Assembly (NCBI GenBank): GCA_026026165.1
Contig: JAPEUD010000083.1
Location: forward strand, 62,001 to 101,372
DNA length: 39,372 nucleotides
Origin: Sarea resinae
Lineage: Eukaryota
Reading direction: 5' to 3'
The stretch's first letter is position 1. Each line of letters opens with the position of its first letter. Positions 11,787-22,427 of the stretch are shown here, piece after piece. A model generated the notes under the pieces. It saw only the letters and a list, made by a program, of their open reading frames with translations, was not told where the DNA came from and did no database searches. The position numbers and the translations under genes are program-made.

Positions 11787-11880
11787 ATGCTAATGCTGAT
11801 GCTAAATGACGATACCGATGATGCTGACAATGATGCTGATGTTGATGTTGATGATGATGACGATGATGCTGATGTTGTTG
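11787..11880 (+). repeat. Degenerate (GAT/GCT/GTT)n trinucleotide low-complexity tract
   Basis: gatgctaatgctgatgct...gatgttgatgttgatgatgatgacgatgatgctgatgttgttg read directly. Confidence 0.75.
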
Positions 11881-12192
11881 TACGTCTTGTCACCCGTTAC
11901 AGCAGCGGCGCAGAAGGAACTCCTCAGGTGCTTTAGCGCGTAATCTGCCTAGTGGGCGAAATGAAGCTTCCAAGTTTGCTGTGGCCTCGGGCTTTCGTTT
12001 ACAGCTTCCTCGCCCGGGCGCCGCCGCCGCTCCGCGTTACCCGCCGGCGTCGCAGTGGAATCGCACAATGATGGCGTTGTTGATATTGTATCCCAATTGA
12101 GAGCCTCATCTCCGGCGCATCAAGCGGAAAGAGGTAGTGGTAATACTAGAGGACGGTGGAGCGGTGCTTTGCCCTCTCCAAGTGGATTCTCG

Positions 12193-12227
12193 TCTGCCCC
12201 TCTGCCCCTCTGCCCCTCTGCCCCTCT
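12193..12227 (+). repeat. (TCTGCCCC)x4 octamer tandem repeat
   Basis: tctgcccc tctgcccc tctgcccc tctgcccc tct read directly. Confidence 0.9.
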
Positions 12228-15120
12228 CTCCACCGACAGCTACCACTTAGCGACTATGGGAGCACTTGGTCAATGCTTCGACTTCCTGGTTACTCCGTAC
12301 TAAAGTTTCCTCTGATCCACCAATCGCTTCAGATAGCGATGGCCGATGGACCAACGTTATCTTCATCTTCGCATTAATAATCATCCGCCGTAATAGCGTT
12401 GAACATGAAGAAGAGCGATGATTGAGCTTATAACATAATCATCACTCATCATGCTTGAAACAAAGACTTGACTCGGGCGCAAAGCCGGAAAGCTCTTCAC
12501 GAGTAGTGAGTGATCTTTACTTGTTTGGAACAGGGTAAGGGATCCATGGATGTCCGGACACTATCTTAAGGTACACGCTGCGGACTGGTGATGTAGCGAT
12601 CGATCGTACCTTACGTGCCATCCCGTGCCAACTTCCATCTCTCGTCAGCTCCCGCGCCCGCGCGTCAAAGCTGAGCAACTCCCTGAACCAGGAGACCTTG
12701 AGCTGGGAGCTCCAGCTGGGCAACCTGAACGACGACGGACGCGAGAGGCGCCTTGGCCGCCGCCACCTTCCAGGTTTCAGCCCGCCCTACACAACTGGGC
12801 CGCCCTGCATCCATAAGGTGCCTCCAAACACGGAACAAACCCGCCAGCGGATAAATACGCAAGGTACTAACGACGACGACGACGACGACGACCGTTCAAG
12901 CAAGCATCGCATCGCGGGATGACGTTGTAGGGGCAAGGCACTAGGTAGTAGAGTAGGCAAGGTAAGATAGCCAGGATAGGCAGGGCCCAGCCAACCGTCG
13001 AGACCATGCCATACCATCAACAATCAAGAGCCTTTCACATATAGAGTCCTTCCTACTCTAGGCCGGGGGGTGGATATACCAGGAATCTGTACCTTAGCTG
13101 TTGATTGCCGTAGATGCCGACTCCTGACCACGGACCTACCTGCGACGAGTCACATTTTCGCGACTCTCCCAAGCTGATTGATAAACCCCGAGGTCGTCTT
13201 ACTTCAGCAGAATGAGGTGGTTTACTCTGCGACCACGTCGACTCGAGCGTGGTCTCTCATGGCCGAGCGGCCCCTGTTTTAGCTTTCGTAGGTAGCTATG
13301 CAGCCAACAGTGCTGTCACTCCATCTGCCTAATACGCTCGGCGCACCCCGTAACGTGGACTCAGATGAGAGGGAGAAGTCCGACGGGGACGACTGGTACC
13401 TAGAGGAGTCAACTGATGGTCACCCCCAAAGAATAAGGCAACAAGAGCCACAGTTCTCGTTCTGCGTAAACAAGGCACTCGGGATGGCGCGAATGAAGAT
13501 ACCCTTCTTATTCCGGTCTACTGCGTATCGTCTTCTCGGGCTCATCGCCCGAGTCAGGAAAGTTTGGGACCATGGGAACAGCCGACGATTCTAGGGTCTT
13601 ACCAGGGGCCCTCGGCCCAGGCCTCCAGGGTTGCCTGTAATCTTCGTCTCAGGCCCAGATCTGCCTGTCTAGCCCAGCGGCATAAACTCGACAGGTAGAA
13701 CAACATACAACAATAACTGGAAGCAATATCATTCACTTGCGCTTTGCGCTTTGCGCCTTGCCCCGGCCTTTCAATCCCTTAGTCTGGTTAGTACTTGTCC
13801 TCTTATTATTAGGTACTTGGTACTGCTGCCCTCCCCTCCCTGAAACCCCCGCACCCACTGTGCGCAATCACTCATGCGGGCGACGTGGGACGCAGTCCAG
13901 ACACAGGTCGTGCAGACATCCATGCTCCATGTTCCACGCTCCACGCTCCATGGTCCTGGTCCATCCGGCCAGGCACACTTAGAGAAGAAAGAGGGGCACC
14001 GTTATGTCGTGCAACCAGAGCCTGCCTACTGTACGAAGTACTTCGTACATGCAAGAGTCGAGAGAAAGTGTGGGGTCAAGTCGTCAGGATACCTAGCTTC
14101 TTTGCCCCAACGGCCGGGTCTCCCCTCGAGAGAGTCGAGCAGTATGTGCAGTGCGTGCAGTGCGTGCGTAGACACATACGGTCTCCTGAATTTGACTCGG
14201 AGTACATAGGAAATAGAGGACGAAGATAATGATGATGACGATGATGATGAAGTAGATGAATCCAATCTGCCATGAGGAAATCCTTGGGAGATGGAGGACT
14301 CCGCAGCAGCTATGTGCCCAGGGCATGGCATTCATTGGTATAGACACTCTAGCGGTTGAATTGGCAGGCATCGTTGATGCTCTGATGATGATGATGCTCA
14401 TGATGCGACAGCGATGGTGAACAGACAACAGCAGACATCCGTAACTCCTCAACACCACGAGTCGTGTGCTATCGCGGAGCTCGTAGACGCTCGATAATCG
14501 CATGACCGGTGATTCATGATGCCATCACCTTACTGATCGAACTTACTTGCTTATCGCAGCATCACCTTGCAGGTGTAGCCTCCCGGGCTAGCATCGGCTC
14601 TCGGTTGAAATCGGGCGGTCTGGGAATTGGACCCTTCGTTCCCCTTTGTTTACTTGCGATCAATGCCAGCTAAGATGTTCTTCACGCACGCCACAGGAAA
14701 TAGCTGGACCCTTTCTACATACCCGACCTGGTCGTAGCTAGTACCGAAACAAAGCTGCTTACAGATTTTGAATAGGTCACAATGATCCGGCCGTCAACAT
14801 TGTCATCTTACCGACCTCTCTATTGCTATGAACCTCTTCGCCAGCAAATATTCCGGGCTTGAAAGGGGTGAGTACCTGAATTTTGCAGCGATCAATGTAT
14901 GCGCCAAGACCCACTGAACGACAGACCGGTCGTTTAATCATCAATTGGCGTACTTTCTGTAATTCGACTTGACTCTATGCATGCATATGAACTTGAAGTT
15001 TCAATTGATGACGGCGGCTTTATAGAGCCAGCTCGAAGCACTATGTCTAGCAGAACTCCCTGTTGAGAGCACGGTGATATTCATGATGGCAATAACCTGG
15101 ATCTCCAGTCTCGAGCAGCC

Positions 15121-17080
15121 CTAACCCCTCCACCCTCTTCGAGGATCACCACCTCCGCGCTGGTGAGTGTTATAGCCACCGCCTCGATGAGATTGCCCGG
15201 ATCCGGGTCGGCTGTAATGACTACTGCCCCGATAAACTCCCTGCTGATGCTGCTGTGCGGCCCATGGTGCGGACGGGGGCGGTGGCGGAGGAGGTGGAGG
15301 AGACGGCCCCGCCATTGAAAATCCTCGGGGACCAGTTGGAACCAGACCAGAATGGGGCGGAGGGGGCGGAGGCGGCACAAAACCAGGATGTTGAAATTGA
15401 CTGGCCTGTTGGTTGAATACCTGCGGCGGAGGTGGAGGAGGCGGCGGTGGTGGTGGCGCCCATTGACCGTTTTGAAAAGGAGAAAATTGCGGCGGTACTG
15501 GCGGTGTGCCCGGTCCGAAAGAGGCTCCCTGGGTATACTGACTTTGGAATGCAGCTGGAGGAGTAAGGCTATAGTCAGTGTTCTGATGATATGGCGGCGG
15601 ATAAAGTGCATTCGTAGTAGTGGACAGTGGCCGTTGGGAAGGTGGAGAGATAGTGCGCTTGTCGTTAGGCGAGTATGATTTGGAAGGTGATGGAGTTCGA
15701 GCTCGACGAAAGCCATCATTAGAGGGCCTAGGTGGGGATTTTGAAAGAGAGTGACTCGGCGATCTACTTCTAGAACGACTTCGTGATCGTGAATATGACG
15801 ACCTTCCTCCATGCCTACGTTCGGTTGCCCGATGCCTCGAAAGCGAACGACGTTGACGATCGTAAGAATCTGAGCTGTCTCGACTTCGACTTCTGCTTCT
15901 GCTACTATCAGAGTAGTCGTATCTTCTCCTCTTGTGAGCGCTTGCACTTTGATCTTGGCTTCTACTCCTGCGCCGATCCTCGCTCTCTTTGTCGGATTTT
16001 CCACTTCTTCTCTTTTTCATCTTCGCACAGAATTCTTTGGACCATCCGTAATATCCCTCACCTCCAATAGGCTCTCCGGTGATCTCATCGATAATGATAG
16101 TTTGCCCAAGTTCATCTATATCCGCTACCATGCCATCATCAAGATGAATATTGGTCGCATATATCTCGTCTACGTCCCTCAGCAAACTCTTGACTGCACC
16201 AACCAAAGACTCCTCAGCCGGACCCGCAACAAACTGAAGCGGTTTCACTATCAGAGGATTGATTGGCGTAGTAGAATTAGGTATGATGTGGGGCATCAAA
16301 TTGCCGGCTGGGAGATCGTAGTATGGCGTCGATGGATCGCCATGCATCGCGGGCATGACAAAAGGGACGCTCTTCCCAGCACTGACCTTCTCCCGATCTA
16401 TTATAGTATCTCCAGTCTGGGCGCCATCGCCAGCATTCGTCACCGCAGAGCCAACTTGGCCTGCATTCTCGACCGTCTCTCGAAGCTTATCGACGTACTG
16501 CTGAGCATAGTAACCGTTCTGAGCCCACAGTTTCAATACTTGGTAAAGTTTCTGATGATGCTTTGGACATTTCTTGGCTTCAATTGCGGCCGCAGAGCCA
16601 ATCAATTCGACAAGATGAGGTTGAAGCCTTCCAGTAAGAGAAGCGAACGCGGACGAATCACCAAGATGATATTTTGTGTGATGCAAGAGGTCGCTGAGCA
16701 GATAGAGGATGTGCAAGCGCTTGCGCTTTGGAGAAGGCTTGGCAGGGCCCGTGGCTTGCTTGTCCTCGGCGTTTGAGAAAGACACAGCGAGGGCGGCGAG
16801 GAACTTCCCTAAGCCGGTGATGCGCGCCGATGATGGTATGATGTTGCTGAGAATCCATATCTTACAATTCTACGACAATTGCGCCGATTTAGCCATGTCG
16901 TCGTCAGCGCCAGAGGACAATAGATCAAACCTGGATATTGGTCGGCGAGCACTGGAGCAATGCTCTGTCGAGCAGGATATGGAAATGAGCGATGTCATCT
17001 CGAGGGACGGCCACTGGATCCGGTCGCACCAAACAAGCAAATAATGAAGCCTTGGCAATGGCAAGTTGGTGTGAGGCCAT
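15121..17080 (-). CDS. CID (RNA Pol II CTD-interacting)-domain protein with RS-rich and poly-Pro C-terminus, CHERP-like
   Basis: Exons 17080-16931 (MASHQLAIAKASLFACLVRPDPVAVPRDDIAHFHILLDRALLQCSPTNIQ) and 16869-15121 (NCKIWILSN...RKRLHILYLLSDLLHH...PYYDLPAGNLMPHI...EGYYGWS...SRSRSRSRS...PPPPPP). RLHILYLxxDxLHH is CID-like; PYYDLPAGxM and the RS tail recall CHERP. Intron 16930-16870 is GT-AG. Confidence 0.82.
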
Positions 17081-18037
17081 GGCTATGGGTGGAGGAAGGA
17101 GAGTGGAGCGTGGTGAGCTTCATACAGGAAGAGGGCCTGGATGAAGAGTACCACCGTTCTTCTGTACGTACCTGCGAACGGCATCTGCCGACGCCGAGCT
17201 GCCACAATGGTCGTCTTCAAATACTCTACTGAAGTACGAAGTACCTCCCGCATACGGCTGCCGTCGAGGTCCATAATGGCACATTCAACGTCCAACGCCC
17301 TCTGTTTCGATTAGAAATAGCAACCTGCTGATTCGTCGACGACGGTTGGGCTCCCAGATGGGCTCAGATTCTGCCCGGAGGATCCCCAAGGCGGCAGGAA
17401 GCGCACCAATTGATAGCCAGCTTGCAAGCCTTTGAGGAGGGGCGCCCATCTCTTTAGGCAGAATCTTGCCTGCCGCCCAACCACAAGACGCAGTGCAGAC
17501 GTGAATCAGCTGTGATTCACCATTCTGTTCTTGACTGATTCAGATCAGAGAGGGACATTGGAGCACCTTTTAACTTGACGCCAAAGGAATCGTCCCTACG
17601 CCGTGAATTGGTTGCATGTCGCGTGAGAAATGAACTGATACCCAGGCACACACATGCAATGCCGTGATTGAATCCATGCTTTAGGTGCTTTCTGCTATCT
17701 TGATCTGAATTCACCTCAGCCGGGAGTCTCGAGAATGGACAGTCTTTCCGCCCACAACACTTCATAAACAAGCCACGCTCGCTCTTCTCGCACCTCACCA
17801 CTGCTGCCATCCTGTCTCGAGGCCGGAATCGCCTATTGCACATCTGTCTGAAGACGACTATCGACACCTCGTGTACCTCCAGCTCTTGCGTTGGCCGCCC
17901 GTTAGTGTCAGTGCAGTGGTGAGCCATCGGTCACCGCAGTAGTTCCAGCCAGTCGCCTATCGGTGCTTTCAGCCCTACCAGAGATCAACTTGATAAACAT
18001 CCGATATCTTCACCTTCCCTTCCATTCCGCCTCAACC

Positions 18038-18315
18038 ATGGCGATTACAGTGCCTGTCTCGCGCTCGATCCGCACCTTCTCTCACCGTGCAAACCAGCCA
18101 AGTGGACGTGGCCGAGTCTTGGCTATGGGCTACCTCGTCTCAGCCACCGTATTACCTTTCGTTCCACCAGTGCTGGAGAGCAATAAGATCGCCAGGACCG
18201 GAGAAGTCCCTCCAGCCAGGTATGCGCACTGTTTCATTCCAATAACATTCTACGAGAGCCGGCTGACTTTTACTTTCTCAGTGGGCACTCTATTCTGCAC
18301 TGCCGTCATAGATGA
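18038..18315 (+). CDS. Small (71 aa) hypothetical protein with one hydrophobic segment
   Basis: ATG in good context (tcaaccATGg); exons 18038-18219 and 18282-18315; intron GTATGC...GCTGAC...TCTCAG (62 nt). Product MAITVPVSRSIRTFSHRANQPSGRGRVLAMGYLVSATVLPFVPPVLESNKIARTGEVPPASGHSILHCRHR*. Confidence 0.65.
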
Positions 18316-18926
18316 TGATGAGCTAAATCCCTTCTGGTGATCGGCTCAACACATGGCTCTCCAGTATAGCCTCTCTTTGGCTCGCGATACACGACTGACG
18401 GCGTTTGCGACTACCCTGCGTGGGATCTCCTGACTAGCATCTCCTGGTTCGGGCATGGCGTCTTAGTATCATGGATTCAATTCGGCGTTGGTTATATCAG
18501 CATAGCATTATGGGGAGATAGCTACGGAGCAGCGGTGGGAATACCCTACGGATGGGAATGGACTAGTACAGAGACCCAAGACGAATGTTAGGCACATGCG
18601 AGTTTCTTCTTCACATCTTCACTGTGAATCTGTAGAAGAGGATTTTGTACTTGCATGCCCTACAAATCCGCGAGCTTGAACGAGACGTCGAGGCATATAT
18701 CCCCATTCTTAGTGATTGGCAAGTGCTAGGTAGTCCTAAAATAGGAATGCCTCGGGAATATTCAAGTCATACCAGACTTTCCCAAAAGAAAAATAAGACA
18801 CTGGACAGTGTCCACTGCAGATTTCGTCCGTAACGCCATCCGCGCGGTGCTTAACTGTACAGTCTGGGTATCGTTTTGCCCCTCCAGATCAGGATGAGAG
18901 ATACCTGCGATACCTCTCAGCCGACC

Positions 18927-19447
18927 TTAACTGAATCGATCCCCTTTCTTCGATCGGAATGGAGCACTCGTCTCGAATTTGCTCTTCTCGTCTACTCTTT
19001 GGCCCTCATCCACGCGCGAATGCCTCGTTGGAGCTGGATCGTGGCTCGCTTCGTGGCTCGGGCTACCAGCGTCATCCATCCGGCTTAAGGGGACGTATCC
19101 GGGATTTTGGGCAATCTCTAGAGCATCCATCTCTTCCCTCTTCTTTAACTCAGCTGCCCGTTTCTCGGCGCGGTCGGCGTTGATTGATTTTTTGGCCACC
19201 ACATACGCTCCGGCGCCGGCTTTCCAAGAGGAGTCAGCGCATACACTGGCAAGGAAGAGATACAAGACACATCATACCGAGCATGAGGGAGCCCCATCCT
19301 ACCCTTATTTCAGCATGTCAGAATTCTGAAAGTTCATCAAATGGATGTGAAGAGGCTTTGGCGCACGTACCACACTGATCTGATCTATGAAACGTCAAAT
19401 GAAGTTCTCAAAGTTCAGAGAGAGAAGCAGTCACTTACATTATTCAT
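18927..19447 (-). CDS. DUF4748-like small fungal membrane protein
   Basis: Exons 19447-19439 (9 nt), 19384-19371 (14 nt), 19303-19278 (26 nt), 19219-18927 give MNNIRSVWVGWGSLMLAGAGAYVVAKKSINADRAEKR...SPSHEASHDPAPTRH...KSKFETSAPFRSKKGDRFS*. WxGWGSLxxAGAGAYxxAKKSINADR matches DUF4748 as I recall it. Confidence 0.8.
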
Positions 19448-19895
19448 GATTGTAGATTTAGATTGGCAAATCTCAGAGCCTTAATCAATCTCTTGCCATA
19501 GAAACCATCAGAACGCCCCGAGCAAAAGGTGAGTTCGAAGTACGGTAGTCCGAGATGCCGCAACAAGCGAGATCTTCAAGTGGCGGATCTTACCGAGCAG
19601 TATAATGACGCCCTGTTTGTCTTACCTACAGCCGTCTTTGAAGACCTGAGTCATCTGCAATTCTCGACAATCCATAAAATCGAGATCAGACTCGTATCGA
19701 TTTCAAACATTTGAGACTCAGCAATGGCGGGCCATTGATGTGCATCTAGGTCCTTCGGTTGAATGGGTCGCCCAGTTTCCAGTCTCTTACTGCCGAGCGC
19801 ATCATATCTGAATCATTTTACATAGCAGCAGCCTCCTGCTTTGTGATAGCTAGCATCACTTCCTTTCAGTTGAACAATCTTTTCGGAACTCCAAC

Positions 19896-22427
19896 ATGCC
19901 TCCGAAGCGTAAATCCTCTACAGGCGCCCGAAGTGGCAGAGCATCGAAGAGAGCAACACCGGCGCCAGACACCCCCCAGACTGTTGGCAGCAGTGACGAA
20001 TATTCAGAGGAAGGGGAGCCCGCCAGTGAGAGCGAAGCTGAGAATCTGAACAAGGCCATCAACAAATTCTCCCTGAATGCCTATACCCGTAAAGGCGAAC
20101 GTCAGGCTTCCGCAACTGATTCGGCCTCGAAACTGTTCGGTCTTAATGACTTTGCATATCTCGCGCTGAAGCCAGACCATGACAACCGTCCTCTATGGAT
20201 AGATCCTCTGAAAGGGAGAATCATTCTTGAAAGCTTTTCTCCTCTCGCCGCTCATGCACAGGATTTCCTTACAACAATCGCCGAGCCCTTATCCAGACCG
20301 ACGTTCCTACACGAGTATGCTCTGACGCCACATAGTCTGTACGCTGCCGTATCCGTGGGGCTGCTTCCCAGTGATATCATCAATGTCCTGGACCGCCTCT
20401 CCAAGGTACCTCTCCCACAGGACATCAGAGATTTCATTGAGAAATGTACTCGGTCCTACGGCAAGGTCAAACTGGTATTAAAGCACAATCGATATTTTGT
20501 GGAGAGCACAGATCCTGAGATGCTACAGCGACTACTCAAAGATGAGGTCGTTGGTCCGACTAGAATTGAGGGCACGGAGGAGATGACAACGGGGCAAGCA
20601 CCCAAAATGGGAGGATTGGTTATTCCTGGAACAAAAAATGCTGCTGGGATCAAGCAGCAACCCGAGCAACAGCAGGATCAAGCTCAGGACCCACGAAGAC
20701 AAGCAGAGGGCGGAGAAGGCGCAAAAGAGGATGATATTTTTGTCACTCTTCGAGAAGAAGATGACGACGACGATGATGACACGGACCAGGTTCACTCATT
20801 CGAGATCGCAAATAAGGATGTGGAAACGGTCCAAAAGCGTTGTCTAGAGCTGGAATTCCCTATGCTTGAAGAATATGACTTTCGAAATGATGAAGTGAAC
20901 GCCAATCTCGAGATCGATCTTAAGCCCAGTGCTCAAATCAGAAGTTATCAAGAGAAGAGTCTAAGCAAGATGTTTGGTAACGGAAGAGCTAAGAGCGGAA
21001 TTATAGTTCTGCCATGTGGAGCTGGAAAGACGCTGGTGGGCATAACGGCTGCATGTACCATCCGGAAAGGTGTCGTGATCCTGTGCACAAGCTCGATGTC
21101 CGTGATTCAATGGAGAAACGAATTTCTCAAGTGGTCAAATATCAACCCGGATGATATTGCAATCTTTACATCTGATCATAAGGAGAAGTTTGCGCGGAAC
21201 ACGGGTATCATTGTATCTACATACTCTATGGTCACTCAAACGAGAGGGCGCTCTCACGATTCGCAAAAGATGATGGACTTCTTACAGTCAAGAGAGTGGG
21301 GCTTGATGATTCTAGACGAGGTCCACGTCGTTCCGGCGTCAATTTTCAGAAAGGTCACCCATTCCATTGCCACGCACTCGAAACTTGGCTTGACCGCAAC
21401 CTTATTGCGTGAGGATGACAAAATCCGCGACCTGAACTTCCTCATCGGACCAAAGCTCTATGAGGCCAATTGGATGGAGCTTGCAGATCAGGGCCATATT
21501 GCGAAGGTTCAGTGCGCTGAAGTATGGTGTCCAATGACGACCGAGTTCTATCAGGAATATCTCCGGGAATCGTCTCGCAAGAGAGCTTTACTTTACATCA
21601 TGAACCCTCGCAAATTCCAGGCCTGCCAGTTTCTCATCGACTATCACGAAAAGAGAGGCGACAAGATCATTGTCTTCTCGGATAATGTATATGCGTTGGA
21701 GAGATACGCCTTGAAATTGAACAAATTCTATATTTATGGAGGCACCCCTCAGGCCGAGAGAATGCGCATCCTGGAAAATTTCCAGCATAATGAGAACGTC
21801 AATACGATATTCCTCTCCAAGATCGGCGACACATCTCTCGACCTTCCTGAAGCCACCTGCCTCATCCAAATTTCGTCACATTACGGGTCGCGCCGCCAAG
21901 AGGCTCAGCGCCTGGGTCGCATTCTTCGAGCCAAGCGTCGCAACGACGAAGGCTTCAACGCCTTCTTTTACTCACTTGTCTCAAAGGACACCCAGGAGAT
22001 GTATTATTCCTCCAAACGGCAAGCCTTCCTCGTCGACCAAGGCTACGCCTTCAAAGTCATCACACACCTCCAAGGGATTGAGAATCTGCCCGGTCTTGCG
22101 TACGCCACGCCCGCGGAGCGCAGAGAATTACTCCAGGAAGTCATGCTGCAGAATGAGACCTCAGCAGACGTGGAGAAGATCGACGGTGATCTCTTCGGTG
22201 AACGCTCCGGTGGTCCAGGGACGCGGCGCGGATTTGCGGCCAACAAGAAGGGTGGCGCGAGACGGACGGCGGGCATGCTTAGTGATCTCAGCGGGGGCCA
22301 GGATATGGCTTATATTGAGTATAATAAGAGCAGGAACAAGGAACTTAAGGGCAAGGGCACCCAGAATCCTTTTATGAGAAAATTGCATCGCGAGCAGGCG
22401 AAGAGGAGGGCCCAGAATACGGGCTAG
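19896..22427 (+). CDS. SSL2: TFIIH 3'-5' helicase/translocase XPB (Ssl2/Rad25)
   Basis: Single-exon 843-aa [37 protein letters not shown] (Walker A), ILDEVH (DEVH box), [29 protein letters not shown]. Confidence 0.97.
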   Translation: MPPKRKSSTGARSGRASKRATPAPDTPQTVGSSDEYSEEGEPASESEAENLNKAINKFSLNAYTRKGERQASATDSASKLFGLNDFAYLALKPDHDNRPLWIDPLKGRIILESFSPLAAHAQDFLTTIAEPLSRPTFLHEYALTPHSLYAAVSVGLLPSDIINVLDRLSKVPLPQDIRDFIEKCTRSYGKVKLVLKHNRYFVESTDPEMLQRLLKDEVVGPTRIEGTEEMTTGQAPKMGGLVIPGTKNAAGIKQQPEQQQDQAQDPRRQAEGGEGAKEDDIFVTLREEDDDDDDDTDQVHSFEIANKDVETVQKRCLELEFPMLEEYDFRNDEVNANLEIDLKPSAQIRSYQEKSLSKMFGNGRAKSGIIVLPCGAGKTLVGITAACTIRKGVVILCTSSMSVIQWRNEFLKWSNINPDDIAIFTSDHKEKFARNTGIIVSTYSMVTQTRGRSHDSQKMMDFLQSREWGLMILDEVHVVPASIFRKVTHSIATHSKLGLTATLLREDDKIRDLNFLIGPKLYEANWMELADQGHIAKVQCAEVWCPMTTEFYQEYLRESSRKRALLYIMNPRKFQACQFLIDYHEKRGDKIIVFSDNVYALERYALKLNKFYIYGGTPQAERMRILENFQHNENVNTIFLSKIGDTSLDLPEATCLIQISSHYGSRRQEAQRLGRILRAKRRNDEGFNAFFYSLVSKDTQEMYYSSKRQAFLVDQGYAFKVITHLQGIENLPGLAYATPAERRELLQEVMLQNETSADVEKIDGDLFGERSGGPGTRRGFAANKKGGARRTAGMLSDLSGGQDMAYIEYNKSRNKELKGKGTQNPFMRKLHREQAKRRAQNTG

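Larger units (their letters stand above)
10600..12535 (+). ncRNA. Candidate long structured non-coding RNA (possibly telomerase RNA)
   Basis: No recognisable protein ORF. Many inverted repeats (e.g. 10620-10628/10743-10751, 11068-11074/11108-11114, 11510-11517/11522-11529, 11573-11587/11633-11649, 12154-12161/12228-12235), a long-range 10-bp helix 10977-10986/12292-12301, and G-U pairs that mostly work on the + strand. Boundaries approximate; identity inferred. Confidence 0.4.

Noticed and set aside
11443..11893. Overlapping ORFs of 79-142 aa on both strands
   Set aside because: Low-complexity or featureless, no domain resemblance; better explained by GC-rich structured sequence and the GAT tract.
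11361..12260. Group I intron-like P (AATTGCGG) and R (GACTA) fragments
   Set aside because: No downstream S element or P7 partner found, and not located in an rRNA gene.
12328..12453. Box C/D snoRNA-like motifs on the minus strand (RTGATGA...CTGA)
   Set aside because: TGATGA is frequent in this GAT-rich region, rRNA complementarity recalled was only ~9 nt, and there is no clear terminal stem.
15119..15128. CCCTAACCCC telomere-like sequence
   Set aside because: Coincides with the last codons and stop (AGG GGT TAG) of the CID gene; single copy, not in non-coding structured context.
17620..17730. TPP-riboswitch-like fragments (GTGAGA...ATACCC, CTTGATCTG...CAGC)
   Set aside because: Spacing and core (CUGAGA, GAUAAU) do not match, and no thiamine-related gene is adjacent.
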